Source: Eledone cirrhosa
Taxonomy: Eukaryota
NCBI GenBank assembly: GCA_964016885.1
Contig: OZ024747.1
Location: 5,642,001 to 5,706,000, forward strand
DNA length: 64,000 nucleotides
Reading direction: 5' to 3'
A program made the translations under genes and the position numbers. Of this stretch, positions 1-11,699 are shown in pieces; positions within the stretch are counted from its first letter, which is position 1; the number at the start of each line of letters is the position of its first letter. The notes under the pieces are model-generated. The model saw only the letters and a program-made list of their open reading frames with translations, did not search any database and was not told the DNA's origin.

Positions 1-149
1 TTCCGAGGCATATGGCTTTGGAATCATGAGGTTGAGTTCGATTCTCAGACTGGGTTATGTATTGTGTTCTTGAGCAAGACACTCTATTTCATATTGCTCC
101 AGTTCACTATAGTCCACTCATATATATATATATATGTAGATAAATCTAC

Positions 150-470
150 CAAAATATACGGTAGTGTCCAATCCGTATGAAGAACTCAATGTAATCCAAA
201 TATCATGAAAAGAGAAGATGTATTCAATATTTTTTCGATGAAATTCACAGGAAAACAGAGTCAAGATAAATTAATAAAAACAATGAATAAAAACAAAGAA
301 ACAGTTCCTTATATTAAAAAATTCATCATTTTACGATCGTTCCTAGGATATATATGTGTGTGTTGGTATGTATATCATATAGATCTATGTAAAATGTTTT
401 CAAACTATCAGAGGGAATATACATACCTACACATATATATGCTGTCTTCAGAAATAATCGAAAAAATGTT
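150..470 (-). mobile_element. PLE-like 3' terminal fragment; same family as 31800-32030, tail related to 19290-19420
   Basis: TA-flanked, carries a hammerhead-like motif, shares tail words (cattgagttcttcatacgg) with 19371-19390. Confidence 0.65.
322..458 (-). ncRNA. Degenerate type I hammerhead ribozyme (GAAA changed to GGAA)
   Basis: Minus strand: attattt-CTGAAGA-long stem II-GGAA-CGATCG-TA-aaatgat. Confidence 0.6.
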
Positions 471-489
471 GTATATATATATAGTAATA

Positions 490-680
490 ATAATTGTTTC
501 TACTTTTGGCACAAGGCCAGCAATTACCCAGTACATTACTGGTACTTTATTTTATCGACCCCGTAAGGATGAAAGACAAAGTTAACCTCGGCGGGATTTG
601 AACTCAGAATGGAAAGGGCCGTAACTCTATGCGTCAAAAAATGACGTCCGATCCTCTACCGATACTGACAATCCACCGCC
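490..680 (-). mobile_element. tRNA-derived SINE (main family, about 190 bp)
   Basis: A-box-like TGGCAGTATCGG, B-box GAGTTCAAATC, central gcctttcatccttacggggtcgataaaataaagtaccagt domain, (ATT) tail. Confidence 0.9.
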
Positions 681-799
681 TATATAAAGTAATAATAATA
701 AATGCGAAGACTAAAATCCAGAGTTTCAGAAGATCCCGTTAAGGGTGAAAGCTGAAAGATCTTTGCTTAAACTTTAAGCTGTTATTTTAATATATATAC

Positions 800-872
<73 letters not shown>

Positions 873-1409
873 GATTATACATTAGTATAAAGTATCCAGA
901 TATTTTAAGGCTCTGATGCAATTTTTTCAATAGCATAATGTCGTGGGTTCGATTCCTGGGCTTGGTTGTGTCTTGTGTTCTTGAGCAAAACTCTTCATTT
1001 CACGTTGCTCCAGTATACTCATCTATGTCTGCTCTCTGAGTTCAAATCCTGTCCAGTTCAACTTTTTCTTTCATCTTTTCGAGGTCTCTAAACACAAGTA
1101 CCAGTCTAATACTGGGGCCGATTCTTCCTCTATATCTCTTTCTCATTTAATTCTCTCACTCTCTATCCTTCTCTGGAAGAAGTCTACTGTATTCAGACCT
1201 GGGGAGGAGATGGGCTCCGTCAGATGTTAGAATGCTCTAGAAACGCCGTATGTCTATACAGCACCACTACGACTCCCTCCAGAATTACGGGATTAAAGGC
1301 GAACCAGAAATATAGAGGTGGCTAACCTATATTTGAAATTAATTAAAATTAATTACATATAGAATGAACGGGGGTGGTGTGAATCTGGTCTTCAGCAGTA
1401 CGGTGAGAA

Positions 1410-1450
1410 GTCCGAACATATTTGGGTCTTATTAGAACTCATCAGCGAAG
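1410..1450 (-). ncRNA. Degenerate minimal hammerhead remnant
   Basis: Minus strand: ttcg-CTGATGA-gttc taataa gacc-CAAA-tatg-TT-cgga. G12 is lost and stem II is imperfect. Confidence 0.4.
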
Positions 1451-2024
1451 TATAGACTAACCATTGCTGTAAAGTTTAGAATATAGGTAAGTGGCAGGAA
1501 TGGAATACGCAGGGACGCCAGCTGAAATGAAAAGGTAATAGTAAAGTGTCATATACATATATTGGTATATATAAATCATGTACGTAGACATACAAGGGCG
1601 GTGCCCCAGCATGGCCTCAGCCGATGGCTGGGACAGGTAAAAGAGTAAAAGTGTATACACCTTAGAGCCAGAGTATTTACAAATTACTTTCGTCTGTCTC
1701 TTACTATCACTAACACAACTACAGTAACTACAACAGCAGTCATTTTAAATGCTAAGATCATAGCAACAATATCACCATCTACAACAACAACATGTTGACC
1801 TAGAGGTTATCAGAATAAGTGGTGTAGCATTCCAGCCAGCTGAGAATGCAAGTCTGCACGCGCGCAGTCACACGAACGCATAGAAAAAGATGTGCGCGCG
1901 TATAGTCACAAACACACACGCTCATGTGTATATATATATATATATATGTAGAGTGCTTCTAATCTATTGTAAAACTTTATTCATTGATTAATTCATTGAA
2001 CCTTGTTAAACTTTTAATTATAAT

Positions 2025-2111
<87 letters not shown>

Positions 2112-2263
2112 GTATAATTATGATTAAAAGTTTAACAAGGTTCAATGAATTAATCAATGAATAAAGTTTTACAATAGATTAGAAGCACTCTACATTTAGT
2201 TTTCTGGAGTTATTAATATTACTTCAAAATATTAATAAATATAGACATTCATGTGATCAAATA

Positions 2264-2329
2264 TATTTTATTATACATATTTCAGAGGTACTGAGCTATT
2301 TCAACAGTACGTCCTCATCAGATAAAATA
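2264..2329 (-). ncRNA. Minimal type I hammerhead ribozyme, intact core
   Basis: tattttat-CTGATGA-ggacgtactg..cagtacctct-GAAA-tatgta-TA-ataaaata; 8-bp stem I. Confidence 0.85.
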
Positions 2330-2449
2330 AATTGATGTCTGACATACCTTGACTGTGTTGGTGGTTACAATTCAGTCATGGCAGTCATTCAATATTGCCA
2401 TGATTGAATTTTAACCACCAACACAGTCAAGGTATGTCAGACATCAATT

Positions 2450-2515
2450 TATTTTATCTGATGAGGGCGTACTGTTGAAATAGCTCAGTACCTCTGGAAT
2501 ATGTATAATAAAATA
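2450..2515 (+). ncRNA. Hammerhead copy in the inverted arm, core mutated (GGAA at 2496-2499)
   Basis: Mirror of 2264-2329 with A>G at 2467 and 2497. Confidence 0.7.
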
Positions 2516-2577
2516 TATTTGATCACATGGATGTCTATATTTATTAATATTTTGAAGTAATATATATATATATATAT

Positions 2578-2790
2578 CAGGGTCGCCTCTCCCCAATAAT
2601 TATATTTTTCTCCCCAAACTACCAAAACACATCTATTTGGATATCTCTACAATGTATGTACATGTTATGTTTATCGCATATCGAAGTTTTCTGACCATTT
2701 TAGGGTGCAAAGAACTAAATTAATCACTACAACTAAATTATCCAAATTTGACACACACCCCACCCAATTCAGAAATGCTTCCGCCGCCCG
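2578..2790. mobile_element. Non-autonomous DNA-transposon-like repeat; inverted copy at 38175-38373
   Basis: About 200 bp of homology in opposite orientation; TA-flanked. Confidence 0.65.
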
Positions 2791-2881
<91 letters not shown>

Positions 2882-2962
2882 ACCACCACCCCACTCTCAA
2901 GAGCGTGAAACTAATAAACCTTTGTTCGTACTGCCTCTCTGTTTTGTTACCGTTCAATTTTT

Positions 2963-2999
<37 letters not shown>

Positions 3000-4070
3000 C
3001 ACATATAGTTGTGTGTGTATATATATATAGATAGATAGATATATAAACACATAATTGTGTGTGTATATATATATATGTATGTGTGTCTGTCTGTCTGTCT
3101 GTGTGTGTGTGTGTAGACATATATAAACATACACACACACACACACCATCACACATATATATATATATATATATATACATAAAAACACATAGTAACTGAG
3201 AGAGAGAGGGTGGCTGAGAGTGGCTGAGAGTTACCTGGATATACCCACACCGGGGACTTAACCTTCTAACCTTCTCCGTATTCAAACAAATTCACTGATG
3301 AACTCAGAAACAACAACAAAATGTAATAAATACATAAATAGTTTCCCTTTTAAGTCAGAAACAGGTGTGAAATGTTCTTCTGATGACCAAAACCATTAAG
3401 GTACAATAGTGTTTGGCAAAGGTAGACATGTACACCTGAAGGTGTGTTGTACACCTTCAGGTGTGTTAGGTGCGGGATTCATTAGAACTACACATACATC
3501 CGTATACAAGGTCGCACTTGAAACACACACATGTGCATATAGGCGCATACACACACTACTCGCGCGCATATAGACACATATACATACACACATATATATG
3601 TATACAGCCATACACATATATACACACATACATATGCATATTCACAGATATATACACGTACATATACACATACATATACTCATACACCCATACAGACATA
3701 TACCCACACATACACACACCTGTATATACATACACACATGCATACTTGCACACACATACACAGACGGAAAACGTAATGCTTTAGCTTCTTGAAATATACG
3801 TATTTACACGATATTTCAGCGTTCATACATTAGTTGTGTGTGTTTCTATATATATATATATATGTTTGTGTGTGAGTATATATACTTATGTACATATATA
3901 TGTGTACGATACACTCCCCCAGCATATATATATCGTCCTTAATGCAGATATATCTTCTTAATACTTCTTTAATGTACTGAAATGACAAGGACCTCCAGAG
4001 TTCGTCTGATGAGAACGGACTGTCCTGTGTTACGTCTGTTACTCCGTTGTCAGTGAGAGGTTTACATATA

Positions 4071-4254
4071 TTTGGCAGTATCGGTAGAGGGTCGGACGCC
4101 ATGCTTTGAAGCATTGAGTTACGGCCCTTGCCATTCTGAGTTCAAATCCCACCGAGGTTAACTTTGCCTTTCATCCTTACGGGGTCGATAAAATAAAGTA
4201 CCAGTAATGCACTGAGGTAATTGCTGGCCTTGTGCCTAAAGTAGAAACAATTAT
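4071..4254 (+). mobile_element. SINE, main family
   Basis: Matches the family consensus; followed by a partial tail duplication. Confidence 0.9.
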
Positions 4255-4866
4255 ATAAAGTACCAGTAATACACTGGGGAAATTGCTGACGAATAATAAC
4301 ATTAAAGAACGTTGCTTTTAGATAAGGAGTTGATGTTATTGGTGGTGATGGTGGTGATGGTGATAGTGTGTGGGCATTTATGTTCTCTCCCTTTCACTCA
4401 CTGCCTCCGACTCTCTCGCTGCCTCCCACTCTCTCGCTCTCACCATTTATCACTATTATAAGCAAATACGGCCTATAGAATAGAAAAAGGCGTTTCTCCG
4501 GAGGATGGCGAGGGAGACGCGTTGGAAGAGTTATTCCAGCTTTCGAGGCTCACACCTGGAGTAAGGAGCAATAAAGGGCCCCGACTATAAACCCGAATTA
4601 CTTTGAAATATGAAAGGTTTCTGCCTTTTCCCATTTCTTGTCAGACTATCACTGTAAATTTGGACAAAATTATAAATCTTTTGGTATAGTTTGACTCAAA
4701 CACACCTCAATATATGACAGGTATCTATTTTGTTGATCATTTTAACAGTCTTCTAACCCTAACCCAATGATCTTACTGCTATTAATTGATAAAATAAATA
4801 CCAATTGTATGTCCCCTTATCAGTAAACCAACATTTCTACTATTTTCATTTGTTTCTTCATAACAG

Positions 4867-4938
4867 ACAACTCCCAGAAAACAGGATTACCAAAATTGAG
4901 AAGGAAGCATTCCGCGACCTCTTTGCTATGGAAAGATT
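4867..4938 (+). CDS. slit: Internal coding exon (72 nt, phase 2-2) of an LRR protein, most likely Slit exon 3: (L)QLPENRITKIEKEAFRDLFAMER(L)
   Basis: Polypyrimidine tract and taacAG acceptor, GTAAGT donor, exactly one 24-aa LRR. About 14/24 identical to the vertebrate SLIT2 exon-3 repeat [24 protein letters not shown] as I recall it. Too short for the ORF track. Confidence 0.85.
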
Positions 4939-4992
4939 GTAAGTAGAAAGAAATATACCTTTTTATGTTGAAATATTTCTTTATAACTTGGA

Positions 4993-6497
4993 AGGTGGTG
5001 GATTGGTAGAATTGTTAACAGGTCGGACGAAATACTTTGCGGGATACATTTACAGTCATTTGCGTTTATACGGCCTTTTACGTCCAAATCCTGCCAAGGT
5101 TAGCTTTGCCTTTCATCCCCTTATGGCCTTGATAAACTAAGGTACCAGTAACGTACTGGAGTCAATTTAATCGACTTCCCCCTCCCCCTAATTTGCTGGC
5201 TTTCTGTCTATGTTAGAAATCATATTTCTTCATACTTTCACTTTTTATTTTATTTTGTATTTATTATTTTTATTTTATTCAATTTTATTTATTCAATTTG
5301 TAAGTTTACGACGCGGTTTCAATTCACGTCTGGCGTTGCTTTATCAATATTATATCGTTAATAGTTTCGGGCGGTGAATTGGCAGTATCGGTAGAGGGTC
5401 AGACGCCATGCTGTCCAGCATAGTTACGTCCCTTTACGATCTGAGTTCAAATCCCACCGAGGTTAACTTTGCCTTTCATCCTTACCAGGTCGATAAAATA
5501 AAGTACCAGTAATGAACTGGGTAATTGCTGGCCTTGTGCCAAAAGTAGAAACAATTATATCGTTAATAGTTTCAAGAGAGGGGGGGGGGGGAGTTGATTA
5601 GCAGAACGGTAGAGCGGTGAACAAAATTCCTTGCGAACAAAATGTTATTCCGTCTCCTTACATTCTGATTTCGAATCCTGCCAAAGTTCACTTCGTATTT
5701 CATCCGTCTGGAATCTATAAAATAAAATACCGCAACAGGTGAGATATTGTAGGTCAATATAATCGATTATACCTGTTGTCTTCAAACTTCACTTGAAGTA
5801 TCTATGTAACTAATTAATGATTTCTAGTATAGGCACAAGGCCAGTAATTTGGGGGAGGGGAAAGTTGATTAAATCGACCCCAGTACGTTACTGGTGCTTT
5901 ATTTTATCGATTCTGTAAGGATGAAAGGCAAAGTTAACCTCGGCGGGATTTGAACTCCGACCGTAAAGGACCGTAACTCTATGCTGCAAAGCATGGTGTC
6001 CGACTCTGCCGATACTGCCAACCCACCGCCCTATCTATGTAACTAATTAATACGTTTCGGAAAAGATAAACTTAACACATTCAAATGTTTTTCATGTTTT
6101 TTTCGTAGGATTTTTTTTCTTTCATACAATACTTTATTTTAAGCAAACAAGACTCGTTTCATGATTCATGTCATTGACATCCGTCAGTCAATCCCGCCGA
6201 GGTTAACTTTGCCTTTCATTCTTACGGGGTCGATAAAATAAAGTACCAGTAATTCACTGGAATAATTGCTGGCCTTGTGCCAAAAGTAGAAACAATTATT
6301 ATAAGGGCGTTGGATTGTCAGAATCGATAGAGCGTCAGACAACATGCTTTGTAGTATATAGTTACGGTCCTTTACGTTCTGAGTTCAAATCCCGCCGAGG
6401 TTAGCTTTGCTTTTCATTATTACGGGGTCGATAAAATAAAGTACCAGTAATACAGTGGTTAATTGCTGGCCTTGTGCCAAAAGTAGAAACAATTATA
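4993..6497. mobile_element. SINE cluster: 4993-5225(+, old), 5369-5553(+), 5590-5780(+, old), 5819-6031(-), 6190-6300(+), 6305-6497(+)
   Basis: Consensus matches; 20-bp TSDs attatatcgttaatagtttc (5349/5554) and tatctatgtaactaattaat (5799/6032). Confidence 0.9.
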
Positions 6498-6941
6498 TAT
6501 ATATGTCAGTGTGTATATCTACACGTGTCTGTGTGTATCTGTGTATGTTGTATCTAAGACCATGAGACGGTGGTGGCTAGAACATCTTTCCACCATAGGA
6601 CTCTTCCTTCAGGACTGACTTGGAGCTAAAAAAACAAAAAAAACTACCACATTACACCGAGTCGCTGAAAAAGCCACGCGTGGGAGAATCCTAGTTCCGC
6701 TTGGGTGGTCTTATATTTTACTTATGCAGGTATTTTTTCACTCACTTTCTCTCCACTACTCATCTCTCTCTCTCTCTCTCTCTCTCTTCATTCATTGGCT
6801 TGCTTTCTTAAGTAGGTCTTTAAAAACACAGACTCCTACAACAGACATTTAGGTCAGCCGTAATACGTTATATAGGTTTTGTCTATGTACCCCTCTCTCT
6901 CTCTATCTATCTCTCCCTTTCTCTCTCTCACGCACACACTA

Positions 6942-6973
<32 letters not shown>

Positions 6974-7204
6974 CTATAACATACGCACACTCTCTCTTTC
7001 ATATACACACCATATATTAATGTATGAGTATATGTGTGTACATTTGCGTAAATATATGTGTATATGTGTATAAAAGATGTCATGGGAAAATGAGAAATGA
7101 TTAATAAAATATAATAGAACCTGAATGGATATATCCACACACACACACATACATACATACATACATACATACATACATACATACATACATACATACATAC
7201 ATAG

Positions 7205-7550
7205 CAACTAAAAATTTATTGACATATATATATATATACATATTTAAAATAAACACATGAAACAATCACAGGGGATAATTTCTTTAATGAAATATATACA
7301 AGGAAGATTAATCATTTTTTAAAAGATAATATTTGAAGCTCTAGTTAAACTTTAATTAGTTACCTACCTAGCTGTGTGTGATTACACACTTTACAAATTA
7401 TCCCCTGTGATTGTTTCATGTGTTTATTTTAAATATATATATATATATATGTCAATCAATTTTTAGTTGATATAAAATGCTCGGATCTATTCATTGGAAT
7501 CTTTGAGCTTATTCTACGGTGGATATGGCGCATGTCTCGGACATGAATCC
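7205..7550 (+). mobile_element. Fold-back element with PLE-like architecture, no hammerhead seen
   Basis: Arms 7205-7281/7395-7469; the tail resembles 19360-19400. Confidence 0.6.
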
Positions 7551-7931
7551 CTTAATTTAATTTAATTTAATTAATTTCGGATATATAAATCGCTCGCTCC
7601 TTCTGATCGATGGACAAGATCCCATATCTCATTGGCTTGCTGAGTGCGGTGTATCTCGTTAAATAGGACCAGGGAAACAATGTTTCCATTACTCTTTCCA
7701 TTGCTGATACTATCTACCGATCGCAACTCCTGGCAGAAGGAGCAACGTGAAATAAAGTATCTTACTCAAGAACTCAATGCATCAACTGGTCCGAGAACTG
7801 AACTAGCAACCTCACCACTGCCAATACATCCCTCGTGAATAATGGTCTAACTAGTTTTGAACTGGATCTATTCTGATATATATGGTAAACACCCACAACA
7901 TTATCAACCATATTGCCAACAACAACCCTGA

Positions 7932-8890
7932 GTACCTTTTTGGATTTCCATGTGCCTAACACACGTGGGCATGCCTACAAAGTCAGAAAACAGCACAGCT
8001 CCCATGACTTTTGGAAACATTTTTTCACGCTCAAAGTTGCTGAAGCATGGAACAAACTACCTGCATCAGTTGTTAGCTGTCGAGACACTGGATCCTTTAA
8101 AACCTCCATGGAACAAACTACCTGCAGCAGTTGTTAGCTGTCGAGACACTGCATCCTTTAAAACCTCCATGGAACAAACTACCTGCATCAGTTATTAGCT
8201 GTCGAGACACTGCATCCTTTAAAACCTCCATGGAACAAACTACCTGCATCAGTTGTTAGCTGTCGAGACACTGGATCCTTTAAAACCTCCATGGAACAAA
8301 CTACCTGCAGCAGTTGTTAGCTGTCGAGACACTGCATCCTTTAAAACCTCCATGAAACAAACTACCTGCATCAGTTGTTAGCTGTCAAGACACTGCATCC
8401 TTTAAAACCTCCATGAAACAAACTACCTGCAGCAGTTGTCAGCTGTCGAGACACTGCATCCTTTAAAACCTCCATGGAACAAACTACCTGCAGCAGTTGT
8501 TAGCTGTCGAGACACTGGATCCTTTAAAACCTCCATGGAACAAACTACCTGCATCAGTTGTTAGCTGTGGAGACACTGCATCCTTTAAAACCTCCATGGA
8601 ACAAACTACCTGCATCAGTTGTTAGCTGTCGAGACACTGCATCCTTTAAAACCTCCATGGAACAAACTACCTGCATCAGTTGTTAGCTGTCGAGACACTG
8701 CATCCTTTAAAACCTCCATGCTTCCTGAGATTCGCCAACACTACACCTAATATTCTCCCTCCATACACACGCACACATGTAAATCATGACATATACACTA
8801 TTCACTTCCATGACATTTGCATATTATTCTATGTACTATACATGCACCTTTGATTATTTGTAGTGCACCTGAGCACTTTACACAATAATT

Positions 8891-8918
<28 letters not shown>
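7932..8918 (+). mobile_element. 3' end of a CR1/L2-group LINE (RT C-terminus, 3'UTR, (ATT)n tail)
   Basis: Translation TRGHAYKVRK..KHFFTLKVAEAWNKLPASVV..SFK fits the CR1-group ORF2 C-terminal RGH..FF..WN.LP..VV..FK motif. Confidence 0.85.
8046..8720 (+). repeat. 61-bp minisatellite, 11 units, inside the LINE ORF end
   Basis: Unit catggaacaaactacctgcatcagttgttagctgtcgagacactgcatcctttaaaacctc, bounded by CATG microhomology. Confidence 0.95.
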
Positions 8919-8924
<6 letters not shown>

Positions 8925-9433
8925 ATGTGTGTGTGTAAAAGGCAAACAGAAATACCAAAACAAACGGCACAGTACATGGAAGAAATATATTAGTTTAACG
9001 CTTGAATATATATATATATTCATAAATCAAGAGCTGAATTAAAGTGATAGGAAGGAGAGAAGTAAGCAAAGCATGACAATGAAACCGAGATTCAGTGATA
9101 CGCCTCGTGCTTTCCATCGTAACTAGATTAACTCTTCACACAAAAGAGCTGATAAATTTCTCTTTGAATTAGAATGCTAGCTAAGCGGTAAATGCGAAGA
9201 TGTTTAGCGATAGTATAGGGAAGTCTTCTAATATATCTAAATGCATCTATATACGCCCGCGTTCACACACACACACACACATTCATTTACACACACACAC
9301 ATGCACACACATACATTTACACACTCACACATACACACACTCACAGAAATACACTCACACACACACAGACAAGAGTGATAGTGGAAAAAAATTTTAAGTA
9401 CATGTTTTGATAAGCTGTTAGATAGGGAAGGAA

Positions 9434-9471
<38 letters not shown>

Positions 9472-10734
9472 TTCATTTCATCATTTCATTTTACGTCCGC
9501 TTTTTCCCTGCTTGCAAGGGTGGGACGGGAACTGATTCTGGCTTGATTTCTACAGCTGGATGCCCTTCCTAACACCAACCTCATTTTACACTGAGTGCTG
9601 GGTGCTTTTTTTGTCGTGGCACCTCCACGACCACTTTGCAATGGAATGATATGGACCCCAGTCCCTATCATCTCATTTTTACAGCTGAGTAAAACTGGAG
9701 CAATGTGAAATAAAGTGTCTTGCTCAAGGAAACAACACATCACCCGGTCTGAGAATTGAACAATACATACGCAAATACCTCAATACACACACACACGTAT
9801 ATATATATATATATAACAAAGGAATTGTGGTAAGGAACCAGATGGACCAAAACGCACCAGAGTACTCAATACTTAGGGTAGTAGAGTGGGAAATAGGAAA
9901 CAGTATATTTTTCCTATATATATATATAAGAGAGAGAGAGAGCTGATAGACTTGTTTCAACCTTTGCATATAATGTGTGTTGTGTCTGGTCGGTGGGTTT
10001 GGCTGTGGTTTGTTTGGGGTTTAGTTAGTAGATAGCTTCAGTTTGGTGTAAATCTTAACGTTCTGGGTAATGCAGTTGACTCTCTCTCTCTCTCTCTCTC
10101 TCTCAACACACTCACACCTCTATCTCTCTCTCTCTCTCCACACTCACCTCTCTACTCTCTCTCTCTCCACACTCACCTCTCTACTCTCTCTCTCTCTCTC
10201 AACACACTCACCTCTCTCTCTGCCGGGATCTCTTCTCCACATCCCACTCTGGACATTGCTGGCTGAGAGCGTTCTTCTGACACCTTCCCTGACAATCAGG
10301 TGACAATCACATAACACAACTAATCTCCTGTGGACGGCCTTTGTCCTGGTGTGTTGTTGGGTGGGTAGAGGTGTTGGTGGTGGTGGAGGAGGTAGAGGAA
10401 TAGAGATGGTGATGGTGGTGGAGAATTTGGTTGTTGTTTTTGGTGGTGGTGGTGGAGAATTTGGTTGTTGTTTTTGGTGACATTGATGTTGGTTGTGGCG
10501 GTGGTGTTGATGGTGGTAATGGAGATATTTGTTGTTTTTTTGTTGATTTTTTGGGGTGGACATGGAGGTGGGGTAGAGGATATTTATTGTTGTTATTGTT
10601 GTTGGTGATGGTGGTGGTGGTGTCTGTCATCGTGGTGGTATTTATCCCCAGATAAACTTGGATTAAGCGGGTGTATGATCAAAGACCTTCCCCTCAAAAC
10701 TTAACCCCTCTTTGTATATCTAGCATTACATCGT

Positions 10735-10952
10735 CGGTGGATTGGTAGTATCGGTAGAGCGTCGGCTACTATGCTTTGCAGCACAGAGTTACCGCCTTTT
10801 ACGTTATGAGTGCAAATCCTGCCGAGGTTAGCTTTGCCTTTCATCCTTACGGGGTCGATAAATAAAGCACCAGTAATGCACTGGGGTCGATTTAATCGAT
10901 TTTTCCCTTTCCCAAAAATTGTTGGCCTTGTATCTAAAATAGAAACGATTAT
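10735..10952 (+). mobile_element. SINE, longer-tail subfamily
   Basis: Consensus match with a gtcgatttaatcga hairpin in the tail. Confidence 0.88.
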
Positions 10953-11403
10953 TATATAAAAAGTCGAGGAACCCGCCGGCAAGAGCTCAGCCGTCGGGTC
11001 CCCGACTCTTTATATAATATAGCCACAGTCTACTACCCCACATATCGACTACTCTGTTGAATAATGGTTTAACTAGTTTTAAACTGGTTCTATACTAATA
11101 TATATATATATTATATATATGTGTGTGTGTATGAGAGATGTGTGTGTGTGTATGAGAGATGTGTATATGTATATATGAGAGAGGGAGACGTGTGTATGTA
11201 TATATATATATATATATATATAATGTGTGTGTATATATATATATATATATAAGCAAGTAGTGTATAAATATAACTACGTAGCTGTTACATTACTTGTGAT
11301 TCTTGTTGTACATGAAAAGAGATTAAATTGGAAGCATGTCCAGCAAAAGGATGTCTGTTGGTTATTTTCATAATCAAAAGTGTGTGTACATAAACATATT
11401 TCT

Positions 11404-11443
<40 letters not shown>

Positions 11444-11494
11444 ATGTGAGTGTGTGTGTGTGTGTGTATATATATACACACACACATACATGTG

Positions 11495-11526
<32 letters not shown>

Positions 11527-11699
11527 CACACACACATACATGTGAGTGTGTGTGTATATATATATATATATGCGTGATTATGTGTGCATAAATACACATG
11601 TTCGAATGTGTTGTGTGTGAGGATGGAAGAATGAAAGTGGTGTTGTTGATGGTGGTGGCGGCGGTGATGGTAGCGGTGGTGGTGGCGTGGTGCCACTGG

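Larger units (their letters stand above)
1947..2563 (-). mobile_element. Fold-back PLE-like element (arms 2216-2383/2396-2563, tail 2112-2215) plus an inverted tail copy at 1947-2030 across a (TA)n tract
   Basis: 168-bp arms with 5 mismatches and a 12-nt spacer; hammerhead in each arm; (TA)n at the ends. Confidence 0.85.

Noticed and set aside
205-585. 126-aa ORF
   Set aside because: Runs antisense through a PLE-like end and a SINE; no protein features.
3290-3325. CTGATGA-actca-GAAAC
   Set aside because: No stem II or stem I pairing.
3995-4060. CTGATGAG followed by an aacgga..tccgtt hairpin
   Set aside because: No GAAA or stem I closure; chance or an unrecognisable remnant.
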